The position numbers and the translations under genes are program-made. Source: Deltaproteobacteria bacterium (GTDB taxonomy: Bacteria; JAEEML01). Taken from it: a DNA stretch of 35,777 bases. Of the stretch, positions 15,788-24,745 are shown piece by piece. Position 1 is the stretch's first letter, and every line of letters begins with the position of its first letter. The stretch lies in NCBI GenBank assembly GCA_016283195.1, contig JAEEML010000021.1:1-35777 (forward strand), in the 5' to 3' direction. The notes under the pieces are model-generated. The model ran no database searches. It had not been told where the DNA came from and saw nothing but the letters and a program-made list of their open reading frames with translations.

Positions 15788-17068
15788 TCAGCGCGCCGGC
15801 AGGAGGAGGGCGATTTCGGCTTTATCTAAAAGCAGCTCGCCGGAGCAGGGCGCGGTGCTGACTTTGCCAGTGCTTGAAATGCGCCAGAGGTTATGGCCGG
15901 CTGCTACGGCTTTTATCTCTTCGGCCGGGATTTTTTGCGGGTTATCCCAATCTTTATTGATAAGGGCTACCAATGTTTCACCGCTGGCGGCCCGTTTTTC
16001 AAGAAGCATAGTGGGGCGCTCAAAGGGAGTGAGCGGTTTTAGGTGGCCCTCGGTTTGCAAAAGCGGCTCAACCTGTTTAAGCACATTTACGCTCTTTATG
16101 AAGGGGCGAAAATCAAAATTAATCTCTTCCCTGTCGGCCGGTTTAGTAGTTACCACATTAAGCCTTTTGGTGAAGCCTAATTCAAAGCCCATGGGCATGA
16201 GGAGGCCTTCGGAGAAAATAGCCGCCAAAAGATAACGTTGGCATACCACTTGCGGCCTTCCTCCTACTTCGGCAAAGAGCCTTTCGGTATCATGCGATTC
16301 CGCAAAAGAGACGGAGGGGGCAATGCTACCGAATTGCTCATGCTGTGTAAGAGCCCAGGGGGCATCGAAGTTCCAATATTTTGAGCTGTTAAAAAGGTAA
16401 TCCATGCCGGCCTCTTTTAAGGCGCTCACCTCTTCCAGGCGGCAGCCCAAAGTTTCGGCAAAAAACTTGGTGCGCTCATCGCGCGCTTTGGCCTCTTTTA
16501 TAAGGCGGGCCCAGAGAGCTGCCGGTACCTTGTAGGCCGCATCGCAGCGAAAGCCCACAAAGCCCAGGCTTTGGGACCAGGCCAGGAGATCCGACCAATA
16601 GTTCCAGAGCGCCTCTTTCTCCGGCGAGGCGTTATTATCTATTTCGGCCAAATCGCCCCAAACGGTCACTTTGCGGGCATCGGCCGGGTCGATGGCGCTG
16701 GGGTGCACTATTTGGCCGTTTTCGTCATGCTGATACCAGGCCGGGTGCTCTTTTACCAGTGGGCTGTCTATAGCTGTGTGGTTGATAACTAAATCCATGA
16801 TGGGCAGAAGCCCCTCTTTTTGAAAGCCAGTTAGAACGGCTTTGAGTTCCCGCATATCGGCTCTGTCCTGGCCTTCCTTCACAAAATCCTGGCATAAAAG
16901 GCGATAATCGCGCACGGAGTAGAGGCTGCCGGAGAAGCCTGGCTGGCTGATGGGATTTAAATAAATCCAATTAAAACCCATAGATTTGGCCTCTTTGCCA
17001 AAATGGGCCCACTCGCTTACAGTCCCGGCCAGGCGGGGAAAAAGATTATAAATAATAGGTGCTGTCAT
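15788..17068 (-). CDS. GH13 alpha-amylase-family glycosidase
   Basis: WIYLNPI, SLYSVRDY, MDLVINHT, GFRCDAA (nucleophile), FAETLG (acid/base), ESHDTER. Confidence 0.9.
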   Translation of the reverse strand: MTAPIIYNLFPRLAGTVSEWAHFGKEAKSMGFNWIYLNPISQPGFSGSLYSVRDYRLLCQDFVKEGQDRADMRELKAVLTGFQKEGLLPIMDLVINHTAIDSPLVKEHPAWYQHDENGQIVHPSAIDPADARKVTVWGDLAEIDNNASPEKEALWNYWSDLLAWSQSLGFVGFRCDAAYKVPAALWARLIKEAKARDERTKFFAETLGCRLEEVSALKEAGMDYLFNSSKYWNFDAPWALTQHEQFGSIAPSVSFAESHDTERLFAEVGGRPQVVCQRYLLAAIFSEGLLMPMGFELGFTKRLNVVTTKPADREEINFDFRPFIKSVNVLKQVEPLLQTEGHLKPLTPFERPTMLLEKRAASGETLVALINKDWDNPQKIPAEEIKAVAAGHNLWRISSTGKVSTAPCSGELLLDKAEIALLLPAR

Positions 17069-17221
17069 GGCTAAATCCTCCTTCGCCGCTGCTTTTTTAA
17101 CACAACATAAGGTAGCTAAAAATGAAAAATCCGCTCTGATGCGCTTTTTTTCTTAGGCTATTCGCATAAATTTTGCTAGAAAGGGAAGCTGTCGCCAGAG
17201 CGGCGGCGCGGTGAGGATAAT

Positions 17222-17644
17222 ATGGATAATCTTCAAGAAGATGCTAGGCCCAAAACAGAAGCTAAAAACGCCCAGCCTATTGAATTAAAAGTTGAGTATC
17301 GCAAACTGAATACCTTCTTTTCCGATTATACCAAGAATATTCTGCATGGCGGTACTTTTATCAAAACTGATGTGCCTTTAAAAATCGGCACTAAGTTTCT
17401 TTTTAAATTGCTATTGCCGGTTGATATGCCCCCGCTGGAGATTAAAGGCGAAGTGGAATGGATTCGCCTGGCCAGTGAAGCTGAAGCCGCCCGCAAAGAG
17501 GGGCAGGAGAGCGACCCGGGGATGGGCATAAAGTATATTTACGATGATGATGCCCAACATAAAGCTTTTGATGATACGGTAGCCGGGCTGATGATCGATG
17601 CCCTCGGCGAGCGTATTTATAAAAAGCTGACCGCCAGCAAATAA
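17222..17644 (+). CDS. TIGR02266-type PilZ-domain protein
   Basis: PIELKVEY...FFSDYTKNILHGGTFIKT...GEVEW...PGMGIKY. Confidence 0.85.
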   Translation: MDNLQEDARPKTEAKNAQPIELKVEYRKLNTFFSDYTKNILHGGTFIKTDVPLKIGTKFLFKLLLPVDMPPLEIKGEVEWIRLASEAEAARKEGQESDPGMGIKYIYDDDAQHKAFDDTVAGLMIDALGERIYKKLTASK

Positions 17645-17666
17645 AATAACATAAAGGGTTTATGTC

Positions 17667-20273
17667 TTGACGATATTTGATTTATTTCGTGCCAAAGATA
17701 AAAATGGCCAGCGTCTTGCCGACAATAGCCCGGCGCCGCGATCGGTAACCGAGGAAATAGCGAGTAGCAGCCGCTTTCGCCGCTGGTTTAGTGTTTATGG
17801 CGGCAAATATCTTTTGGTGATTTTTGCCGTTATCAGCTGCTCTTTTATTTTATCCATGAACAACGAGAGCGGCAGCTATGACCTCCATTTAAAAGAAGAA
17901 GATATCGGTAATCGGGTGGCCGAACAGGACATCAAAGCACCTAAGGACCTCTCTATTTTAGACCCGGAAATTACCAAACAGCGCCAGGATGAGGCGGCCA
18001 GCAAGGTTTATCCGGTTTATGATCACGACCCCAATGTTACCTCTGTTTTGGCTCAGCGCCTGGTGGATAGTTTTAGTTATATGCGCCAGGTGCTGCTGCC
18101 GCTTGATAAGCCAAAAGCCGCTAAAACAGCCGACGGTGCCAGCGAAAACGCCGATGCTCTTTCGGATAGCGCCGACAGCGATACCGATATCACCCGCCTG
18201 GCCCAGCGGCGGAATGAAATTTTAGAAAACAGCCGCCGGCAATTTGAGCAAAAATTGCAATCATCGGTAACCGACAGCGAATATGCGCTTCTTGCGCAAA
18301 CGAATTTTTCCAAAGACATTGAGCAGTTGGCTATAAACATACTTAAGCGCTCCATGACTATGTATGTGGTGGCCGATATTTCTATGATGGAAAACGAGTA
18401 TTCGAGCGCTTTTACCATTAAAAATACCGGTAGTTTAAGTGGCGGCGAGATTGTCCTCACCGACCTTTCCCGCGTGACAGAGCTCAAAACAGTGCGCGAT
18501 AAAGTTTCGGCTGTGAGCCAGGATTTAACGGCGCAAAGCAGCGGACTCAGCCCGGAACTAAAAGCGGCCGTTACCGAGATAGTGAAGCGCCTGGTTTGCC
18601 CCAATTTAACGCCCAATAATACCGAGACCAAAGAGCGGCGTGAAATCAGCGCTCACAACGTGCCCAATGTGATGATTGCCAAAAAGAAAGGCGAGATTAT
18701 CTGGCGCGGCGGCGAGCTTTTAAATGCCCAGCAATTTCTTATTTTGCAATATTTAGAGGCGGAAAATTCCAATAAATACAGTGGGCAGCTCTATTTTAGC
18801 ATTATTTTGCTTTCCCTCATGCTGGTGCTCATCTCCATTCAGTACTGGGAGAATATTTTTTGGAAAATTAATATATCTTATAAGGACTTATTGCTCCTTG
18901 CCATTATTCTGGCCTTTTCTATGGCCATGGTGCGCTTGGGGCAGGAGCTTGGCTCCTCTTTGCCTTTTAGTCCGCCGGAAACCTTTTATCTTTACCTTAT
19001 GCCCGTAGCCACCGGTGCTATGCTTTTGCGCTTTATTTTAGACCGCTCGCGGGCTCTTATGTTTACTATTATTCTCACTATGTCCACGGTGATTCTCTGT
19101 AACCGCCCGGTAGTTTATTGTTATTACATTCTTCTCAGCTGTCTGGTGGGCTCCTGGGGAATTTCGCACTCCAGAGAGCGCTCTTATATGTTTAAAACTT
19201 CGCTTTATATTGTGGGCGTAAACCTCGCTACCATTATTTCCATTGCCGGTCTTTCGCAGCGTATTTTTTCCATGGCCACCTTCTGGGAGGCTCTGGCCGG
19301 TATTATTTCCGGTTTTGTTTCCGTGCTTTTGATCTCAGCTCTGGCGCCGGTTATCGAATCGGTTTTCGGCTATATCACCGATTTTAAACTTTTGGAGCTG
19401 GGCAATCTTAACCACCCGATTTTGCGCAAATTATTAGTAGAAGCTCCGGGAACCCATCATCATAGCGTCATGGTGAGCCTTTTAGCCGAGCCGACAGCTC
19501 AGGCTATTGGCGCTAATCCCTTAAAAGTGCGCGTGATGGCTTATTACCACGACATCGGCAAAATGAAAAATCCCAAATATTTTGCCGAAAATCAGAGCGG
19601 CGAAAATCCGCACGATAAAATAGACCCCGCCCTCAGCGCCAGAGTTGTAAAACGCCATGTTACCGATGGCCTCAAAATGGCTCAGGAATATAAATTAGGC
19701 GAGATTATCGAGGCGGCTATTTTGGAGCATCACGGCACCTGCCTCACCGGCTTTTACGGCAAAGCCAAGCAACTGGAAACCCCGGAAAACCCGGTAAATG
19801 AGAGCGATTATCGCTATCAGGGGCGCAAGCCGCAGACTAAAGAAGCGGCGCTTATTATGCTGGCCGATAGTGTCGAAGCGGCAGTTAAGAGCTTGAAAGA
19901 TCCCAATCCCGACCGCATCATGGCCATGGTTTCTAAAATAATAAACGGCAAATTTACCGATGAACAGCTCAATGAATGCGATCTTACTCTTAAAGATTTA
20001 CACATTATTGCCAAGCAATTTACCGAGATACTAAAGGGCATGAATTATACACGGCCGGAATATGTCTCCACCAGTAATAATAATCGCCCCAAAGAGAAAG
20101 AGCCTAAAGAAAATAAAGAAGCCAAAGAGAGCAAAGAGGCTAAAGAATCCAAAGAGGTTAAAGAAAAAGAAAATGCAAATACTGATCAGAAACAAACGAA
20201 GCGCCCCGACAGTGTCCTCTACGTTGCTCCGTACAGCAGCCCGGAAGGCATTAAGCATCTTGGGCAAGTCTAA
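17667..20273 (+). CDS. 7TM-HD (HDIG) phosphohydrolase, PgpH/YqfF-like
   Basis: N-terminal TM, extracytoplasmic domain, TM bundle; EAPGTHHHS, YYHDIGK, FAENQ, HHGT, IMLADSVEAA; directly upstream of ybeY. Confidence 0.92.
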   Translation: MTIFDLFRAKDKNGQRLADNSPAPRSVTEEIASSSRFRRWFSVYGGKYLLVIFAVISCSFILSMNNESGSYDLHLKEEDIGNRVAEQDIKAPKDLSILDPEITKQRQDEAASKVYPVYDHDPNVTSVLAQRLVDSFSYMRQVLLPLDKPKAAKTADGASENADALSDSADSDTDITRLAQRRNEILENSRRQFEQKLQSSVTDSEYALLAQTNFSKDIEQLAINILKRSMTMYVVADISMMENEYSSAFTIKNTGSLSGGEIVLTDLSRVTELKTVRDKVSAVSQDLTAQSSGLSPELKAAVTEIVKRLVCPNLTPNNTETKERREISAHNVPNVMIAKKKGEIIWRGGELLNAQQFLILQYLEAENSNKYSGQLYFSIILLSLMLVLISIQYWENIFWKINISYKDLLLLAIILAFSMAMVRLGQELGSSLPFSPPETFYLYLMPVATGAMLLRFILDRSRALMFTIILTMSTVILCNRPVVYCYYILLSCLVGSWGISHSRERSYMFKTSLYIVGVNLATIISIAGLSQRIFSMATFWEALAGIISGFVSVLLISALAPVIESVFGYITDFKLLELGNLNHPILRKLLVEAPGTHHHSVMVSLLAEPTAQAIGANPLKVRVMAYYHDIGKMKNPKYFAENQSGENPHDKIDPALSARVVKRHVTDGLKMAQEYKLGEIIEAAILEHHGTCLTGFYGKAKQLETPENPVNESDYRYQGRKPQTKEAALIMLADSVEAAVKSLKDPNPDRIMAMVSKIINGKFTDEQLNECDLTLKDLHIIAKQFTEILKGMNYTRPEYVSTSNNNRPKEKEPKENKEAKESKEAKESKEVKEKENANTDQKQTKRPDSVLYVAPYSSPEGIKHLGQV
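20097..20168 (+). repeat. Eight 9-nt units (AAAGAR-NNN) encoding a KEx low-complexity linker
   Basis: KEP-KEN-KEA-KES-KEA-KES-KEV-KEK in the tail of the HD protein. Confidence 0.8.
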
Positions 20274-20652
20274 AAGCGAACTCTCCATTTTGGTGGTTGG
20301 CGATGACAAAATGCAAAAATTAAATCTGGACTGGCGGGGCAAAGACCGCCCGACAGATGTGCTCTCTTTTCCTATGGAAGAAGGTGAAGATGCTTCTTCG
20401 GAACTGGCTGCCCAAAGCGGCGAGGAAAAAGCTGCCGAGTGCCTTGGGGATATTGTTCTTAATATGGATGCGGCCAAGCGCCAGGCTGATGAACTTGGTT
20501 TTTCGCTGGAAGAGGAGGCAGTGCGCCTTTTAGTGCACGGCCTGGCTCACCTTTTAGGCTACGACCACGAAAAGAGCGAAGAAGAAGCAATTAAAATGCG
20601 GGCCATAGAGAGCAACGTACTTAAAGAGCTTGGTGTTAATATAGAGCTATAA
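20173..20652 (+). CDS. ybeY: rRNA maturation endoribonuclease YbeY
   Basis: LNLDWRGKDRPTDVLSF, LGDIV, HGLAHLLGYDH; start reassigned to ATG 20173 (MQILIRN). Confidence 0.93.
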   Translation: MQILIRNKRSAPTVSSTLLRTAARKALSILGKSKSELSILVVGDDKMQKLNLDWRGKDRPTDVLSFPMEEGEDASSELAAQSGEEKAAECLGDIVLNMDAAKRQADELGFSLEEEAVRLLVHGLAHLLGYDHEKSEEEAIKMRAIESNVLKELGVNIEL

Positions 20653-20661
20653 AGAAGTTAG

Positions 20662-21594
20662 TTACGGTGTGAATTGCACTGCCACGCCGAGATAGACACC
20701 GTTAAGCTGGATATGTTTCATGAAATCGCCGGAAAGCCCAGAGAGCCAATAGCCGACGTGCGGCATAATAGTAAAATATGAGACAGGAATAGAAGCACCC
20801 ACCTGAGCTGAGAAGGAGCCGCTCACCATAATATCGCTCCTTTTATCAAGCTCGCTCTTGGCCAGCACTAAGGCGCCGGTGCCGGAAATATAAGGGCCGA
20901 TTTTATCCAAATCGCGGAACCAATAAGCCACTTTGGCACCGAAATTCGTGGTGTGAATTTTGAGATCATAAGTCATAGCGCTATAGACCGGTATTCTGGA
21001 ACCAAAGAAAGCATAGCCAAATTCACCGGCAACAAGGAGCTTGCCGCCCAGCGGGCGGGCGCCTAAAGAAATATTGATAAGTGGCGATGTGCGCCCGACA
21101 TGGCCGGTATCAATCAGCAGAGCGCCGGAAAGCATAAGGCTTAAATTATGAATTTTAGAGCCGTCGTTTTCTCTTGGCTCTCTTTTGGGCCTTTCTTTCT
21201 TTTCTTTTTTCTTTTTCTCTTTTTTAGCTTTCTTTTCTGCCGGTGCCGGAGCTGTTTCATCGCTTGAGCTATCAGCCTCTACGCTTAAAGGTGCCAGAGG
21301 CAGCAGATCGGTAACACTGTCGTCGGAGGTGGCATCGTTAGCTTTATCACTGGCGGCATCACCGGCAATATCACTGGCAGCATCGGCTTTTTCAGCTTCT
21401 TCGGCTGTAGGCGCGGCGGCAGGGGCACTTACGGCTGCGCTATCGGCTGTATTGGCCGGTGGCAGCGGGTCGTCGGGCAGAGCTAAATCCAGATCATCGT
21501 CAAGTAGCGGATCGTAATCCGCACCCTCCTGGGCAAAAACAGGAGCAGCACATAAAAGCAAAGCCGCTAAAAAAGATGTAAGTCTAAGGCGCAT
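20662..21594 (-). CDS. Outer-membrane beta-barrel protein with an acidic disordered N-terminal extension
   Basis: Signal peptide (..APVFA), D/A/P-rich linker, Lys-rich patch, about 8 amphipathic strands ending GVYLGVAVQF; GGGGAGG RBS. Confidence 0.75.
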   Translation of the reverse strand: MRLRLTSFLAALLLCAAPVFAQEGADYDPLLDDDLDLALPDDPLPPANTADSAAVSAPAAAPTAEEAEKADAASDIAGDAASDKANDATSDDSVTDLLPLAPLSVEADSSSDETAPAPAEKKAKKEKKKKEKKERPKREPRENDGSKIHNLSLMLSGALLIDTGHVGRTSPLINISLGARPLGGKLLVAGEFGYAFFGSRIPVYSAMTYDLKIHTTNFGAKVAYWFRDLDKIGPYISGTGALVLAKSELDKRSDIMVSGSFSAQVGASIPVSYFTIMPHVGYWLSGLSGDFMKHIQLNGVYLGVAVQFTP

Positions 21595-21670
21595 CTAACT
21601 CCTCCCCATAAAGGCCCATTATTTGTACCACAGAGCGCCGCCGGTAACAAACTATAATTTAAGCTCCGGC

Positions 21671-22219
21671 TCAGAAGGGGTAATTATCCTCTTCATCGCT
21701 GGAAAAATCAGGTGCTCCGCCGGCCGGTTCGGCCATTGGCGGCGGTGCCGGTTGGCGATATTGATTTTGCCCGCCGTGCGGGGAGCTGCTGCCATACTGG
21801 CTATATTGATTGCCGCCGCCGTATTGGTTGCCATCGTCGTATTGGGCACCGCCGCCGGCGCGGTCGTAATCATCGCCGCCGCGAAAGCCGGAATTTAAAA
21901 AGACTATATCGCGGGCGTTTATTTCGGTGGTGTAGCGAGTATTGCCGCTGTTATCCTGCCATTGACGGGTTTGGATGCGCCCTTCGACATAGACTTGGCG
22001 CCCCTTGCTTAAATATTTGCTGCAAAGCTCGGCCAGCCGCCCAAAAGCCACAATGCGGTGCCATTCGGTGCGTTCCTGCTTTTGGCCGTCTTTATCGGTC
22101 CAGTTTTCGGAAGTGGCCAGCCGGAAGGTGGCAACCGGCTGGTTGCTGCCCTGGGTGTATCTGAGTTCGACATCGGCGCCTAAGTTGCCGATAATTATTG
22201 CTTTGTTGAGTCCTGACAT
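21671..22219 (-). CDS. ssb: Single-stranded DNA-binding protein
   Basis: [38 protein letters not shown]; acidic tail ending EDNYPF. Confidence 0.97.
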   Translation of the reverse strand: MSGLNKAIIIGNLGADVELRYTQGSNQPVATFRLATSENWTDKDGQKQERTEWHRIVAFGRLAELCSKYLSKGRQVYVEGRIQTRQWQDNSGNTRYTTEINARDIVFLNSGFRGGDDYDRAGGGAQYDDGNQYGGGNQYSQYGSSSPHGGQNQYRQPAPPPMAEPAGGAPDFSSDEEDNYPF

Positions 22220-22237
22220 TGTTTACTCCTTTTATCT

Positions 22238-23875
22238 TTACGGCCTAGCCGCAAATTCAGTTAGTTTTATGGTTAAGTCTAAAATGCGTTCTGCCCAGCC
22301 GCTATCACCGGCTTCCTGGTGAGCGGCAGCCCGTTTTAAAGCGGCGGCAGCTTTATTTATATTTCCCTCGCTTATTTCGAGCTCAGTGAGATCCAAAAGA
22401 GAGCCCAGTGAGCCGGTATCGCCAATATTTTCTTCCCATGCTTCCCTGGCCAGGAGGCTTTTACCGCTCATGTAATAAGCCCGCCCCCGCATGGTGCCCA
22501 GTATGTTATCAAAAACAGTAAGTGATAACAATCTGATAACTTTTTTATAATCACCTTTTTTAAAATAATAGCCAGCCAGCTTTTCCAGCACTTCCCGGTT
22601 GTTTGGTGTTAGGTGGTAAAGCTCGCTAAGTGCTTTAAATTCAAGTGTATTTTGCCCGGATTTTTGAGCGGCGATAGCTATTTTCCTGAGTGCTTCCAAA
22701 AGGTATGGAGCTGCTTTTTTAGCCGCGCGATAATCTTTTACGGCGGCGCTGTATTCTCCGCACTCCAGGTGATATTCGCCCCAAAAATAGCGGCGCTCGG
22801 CTTTATTTTTAAAGCCGCCGATAAGATCACGGGCTTTTAAAAAATCCTTTTCGCGCAGTGCTATGTAAAATAACTGGCTCCTGGCTACGGTATTCTCTTT
22901 GTTCAAAGAGAGAGTAAATTCATAGGCTTTTTTAGCGGCCGCATAATCGCCGCGGCTATGGGCAATTGTGCCTAAATTTAAATTGGCCCACTCATGATTG
23001 GGAGCAATTTTTAGAGCCATATTAAGGGCTTCTTGCTGCTCTATATATTGCCCCAGCCTGGCTGCGCAAACGCCTTTAAAATTCCAATAATCGGCACTTT
23101 CCGGGCGGGCCGGCGCGCGCTTTAGCGTGCGCTCTATAGCTCCGACTTCCATTAAAATATTGGCTATTTTGTTATCTTTTGCCGGATCCGCTTGTCTTTC
23201 CAAATAGCTTACATAATCTTCTACCACCTTGGGGCAGATGTCCTGCTTTTTAAAGAGCTGCATGGTAAAAGTCCAGCCGGCTACTTCGTGGCGCAGATTT
23301 ATTAGCGGCGTCAAAGTGTGGCAAAACTGCAAAATGGCAGCTGGTTCAGGGTAATAGCGCAAATCATCAAGCTGAAAGACGCGGCTCTCCAGAAGGGCCC
23401 GGGCCGAGAGCAAATTAAAAGAGAGAGCCACTTTGGCAAAAGAGAACATACGATAAATCATGCGCCTCACGTAGCGCTCGTGATTATGCAGGCGCAAGGA
23501 GACGGAGCCGGATAAGAAGACATAATCAAAAGAATTTTCTTTATAAGGATTTTGCAAAATATCGCGTACTTCAAAAACGGCCTCAGGGTAGCGTCTTTGG
23601 CACTCTTTAATCATTTCAGGAGCAATATCAATGCCGGTGTAGTGGACTTTGTAACCTTCGCGCTTTAAAAAGTCATAGAGCGCGCCCAGGCCGCAGCCCA
23701 CATCGAGAATTTTGGCTGTGCCGGATTTTAAGTGCTCTTTGTTTAGGCTATCCAAAAGAGCAAAAAAGAGCAGTTCCTGCGCTTCTTCGCAGTTCCAATC
23801 AACGGCTAAGCCACCATCTTTATGTTTTTTAAGTTTTTTTTGGTAATAGTTGATGAGCTCTTCGTGCGTTTCCAT
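22238..23875 (-). CDS. Class I SAM-dependent methyltransferase fused to TPR repeats
   Basis: ILDVGCGLG, YTGIDI, FDYVFLSG; C-terminal TPR-like helices (YWNFKG..., ANLNLG...). Confidence 0.85.
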   Translation of the reverse strand: METHEELINYYQKKLKKHKDGGLAVDWNCEEAQELLFFALLDSLNKEHLKSGTAKILDVGCGLGALYDFLKREGYKVHYTGIDIAPEMIKECQRRYPEAVFEVRDILQNPYKENSFDYVFLSGSVSLRLHNHERYVRRMIYRMFSFAKVALSFNLLSARALLESRVFQLDDLRYYPEPAAILQFCHTLTPLINLRHEVAGWTFTMQLFKKQDICPKVVEDYVSYLERQADPAKDNKIANILMEVGAIERTLKRAPARPESADYWNFKGVCAARLGQYIEQQEALNMALKIAPNHEWANLNLGTIAHSRGDYAAAKKAYEFTLSLNKENTVARSQLFYIALREKDFLKARDLIGGFKNKAERRYFWGEYHLECGEYSAAVKDYRAAKKAAPYLLEALRKIAIAAQKSGQNTLEFKALSELYHLTPNNREVLEKLAGYYFKKGDYKKVIRLLSLTVFDNILGTMRGRAYYMSGKSLLAREAWEENIGDTGSLGSLLDLTELEISEGNINKAAAALKRAAAHQEAGDSGWAERILDLTIKLTEFAARP

Positions 23876-23878
23876 CGC

Positions 23879-24745
23879 TTAATTCTTTCGCTTTAGAGAG
23901 AAAAAAACTTCTTCTGCCAAATAGGAGCTGCGCACCAGCGGGGCGGCAAAAACATATTTTAAACCCATTTCCCGGCCGGCGGTGGCAAATTCGGCAAATT
24001 CTTCCGGCGGCACATAGCGAGCGGCCGGGTGATGGCGCGGAGAAGGGGGCAAGTATTGGCCGATGGTGACGATATCCACGTTGCTATCGGCCAGAGTTTT
24101 AAGTAATTTAAGCACTTCATCATGACTTTCGCCAAGGCCCACCATAAAACCGCTCTTGGTCAAAAAGCCGTTTTCGGCTACCTCTTGCAAGATGGCAAGC
24201 GAGCGCTTAAAAGAGGCCCGTGGCCTAAGAGAGCTAAAGAGGCGCTCCACAGTCTCGATATTGTGGTTAATAACCTCTGGAGCTGCGGCCATAAGAGCCA
24301 GGAGTCCGCTAGCGGGAAAATCGGGAATGAGAGTCTCAATAGTGGGCTGCGGATTTAAGCGGCGGAGAGCGGCCACAGTAGCGGCAAAATGGGCGCCGCC
24401 GCCGTCATTAAGATCGTCTCTTGTCACCGAAGTGAGCACCACATGGTTAAGGTTTAGTTTTTGCGCCGCCGCGGCAATATTTTCCGGCTCTTTTTCGTTA
24501 AGCGCTTCCGGCGTGCCTTTAATAACCGCGCAATAGCGGCAAGCGCGGCTACACACCGGCCCCATGAGCAAAAAAGTGGCGCGCTTTTGAGCGAAACATT
24601 CACCTCTATTGGGGCAGGCAGCCGATTCGCAGACACTATTTAAAGAGCTTTTTTGGAGAAAAGCTTCAACATTTAAAGCTTCACCGCTTAGACAAACATT
24701 GCGCCGGAGCCATGCCGGCTTGGGCCCCGGCAGTACGCGGCTCAT
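23879..24745 (-). CDS. lipA: Lipoyl synthase
   Basis: CESAACPNRGEC (Cx4Cx5C), CSRACRYC, TSVTRDDL, NHNIETV, TIGQYL, VRSSY. Confidence 0.96.
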   Translation of the reverse strand: MSRVLPGPKPAWLRRNVCLSGEALNVEAFLQKSSLNSVCESAACPNRGECFAQKRATFLLMGPVCSRACRYCAVIKGTPEALNEKEPENIAAAAQKLNLNHVVLTSVTRDDLNDGGGAHFAATVAALRRLNPQPTIETLIPDFPASGLLALMAAAPEVINHNIETVERLFSSLRPRASFKRSLAILQEVAENGFLTKSGFMVGLGESHDEVLKLLKTLADSNVDIVTIGQYLPPSPRHHPAARYVPPEEFAEFATAGREMGLKYVFAAPLVRSSYLAEEVFFSLKRKN

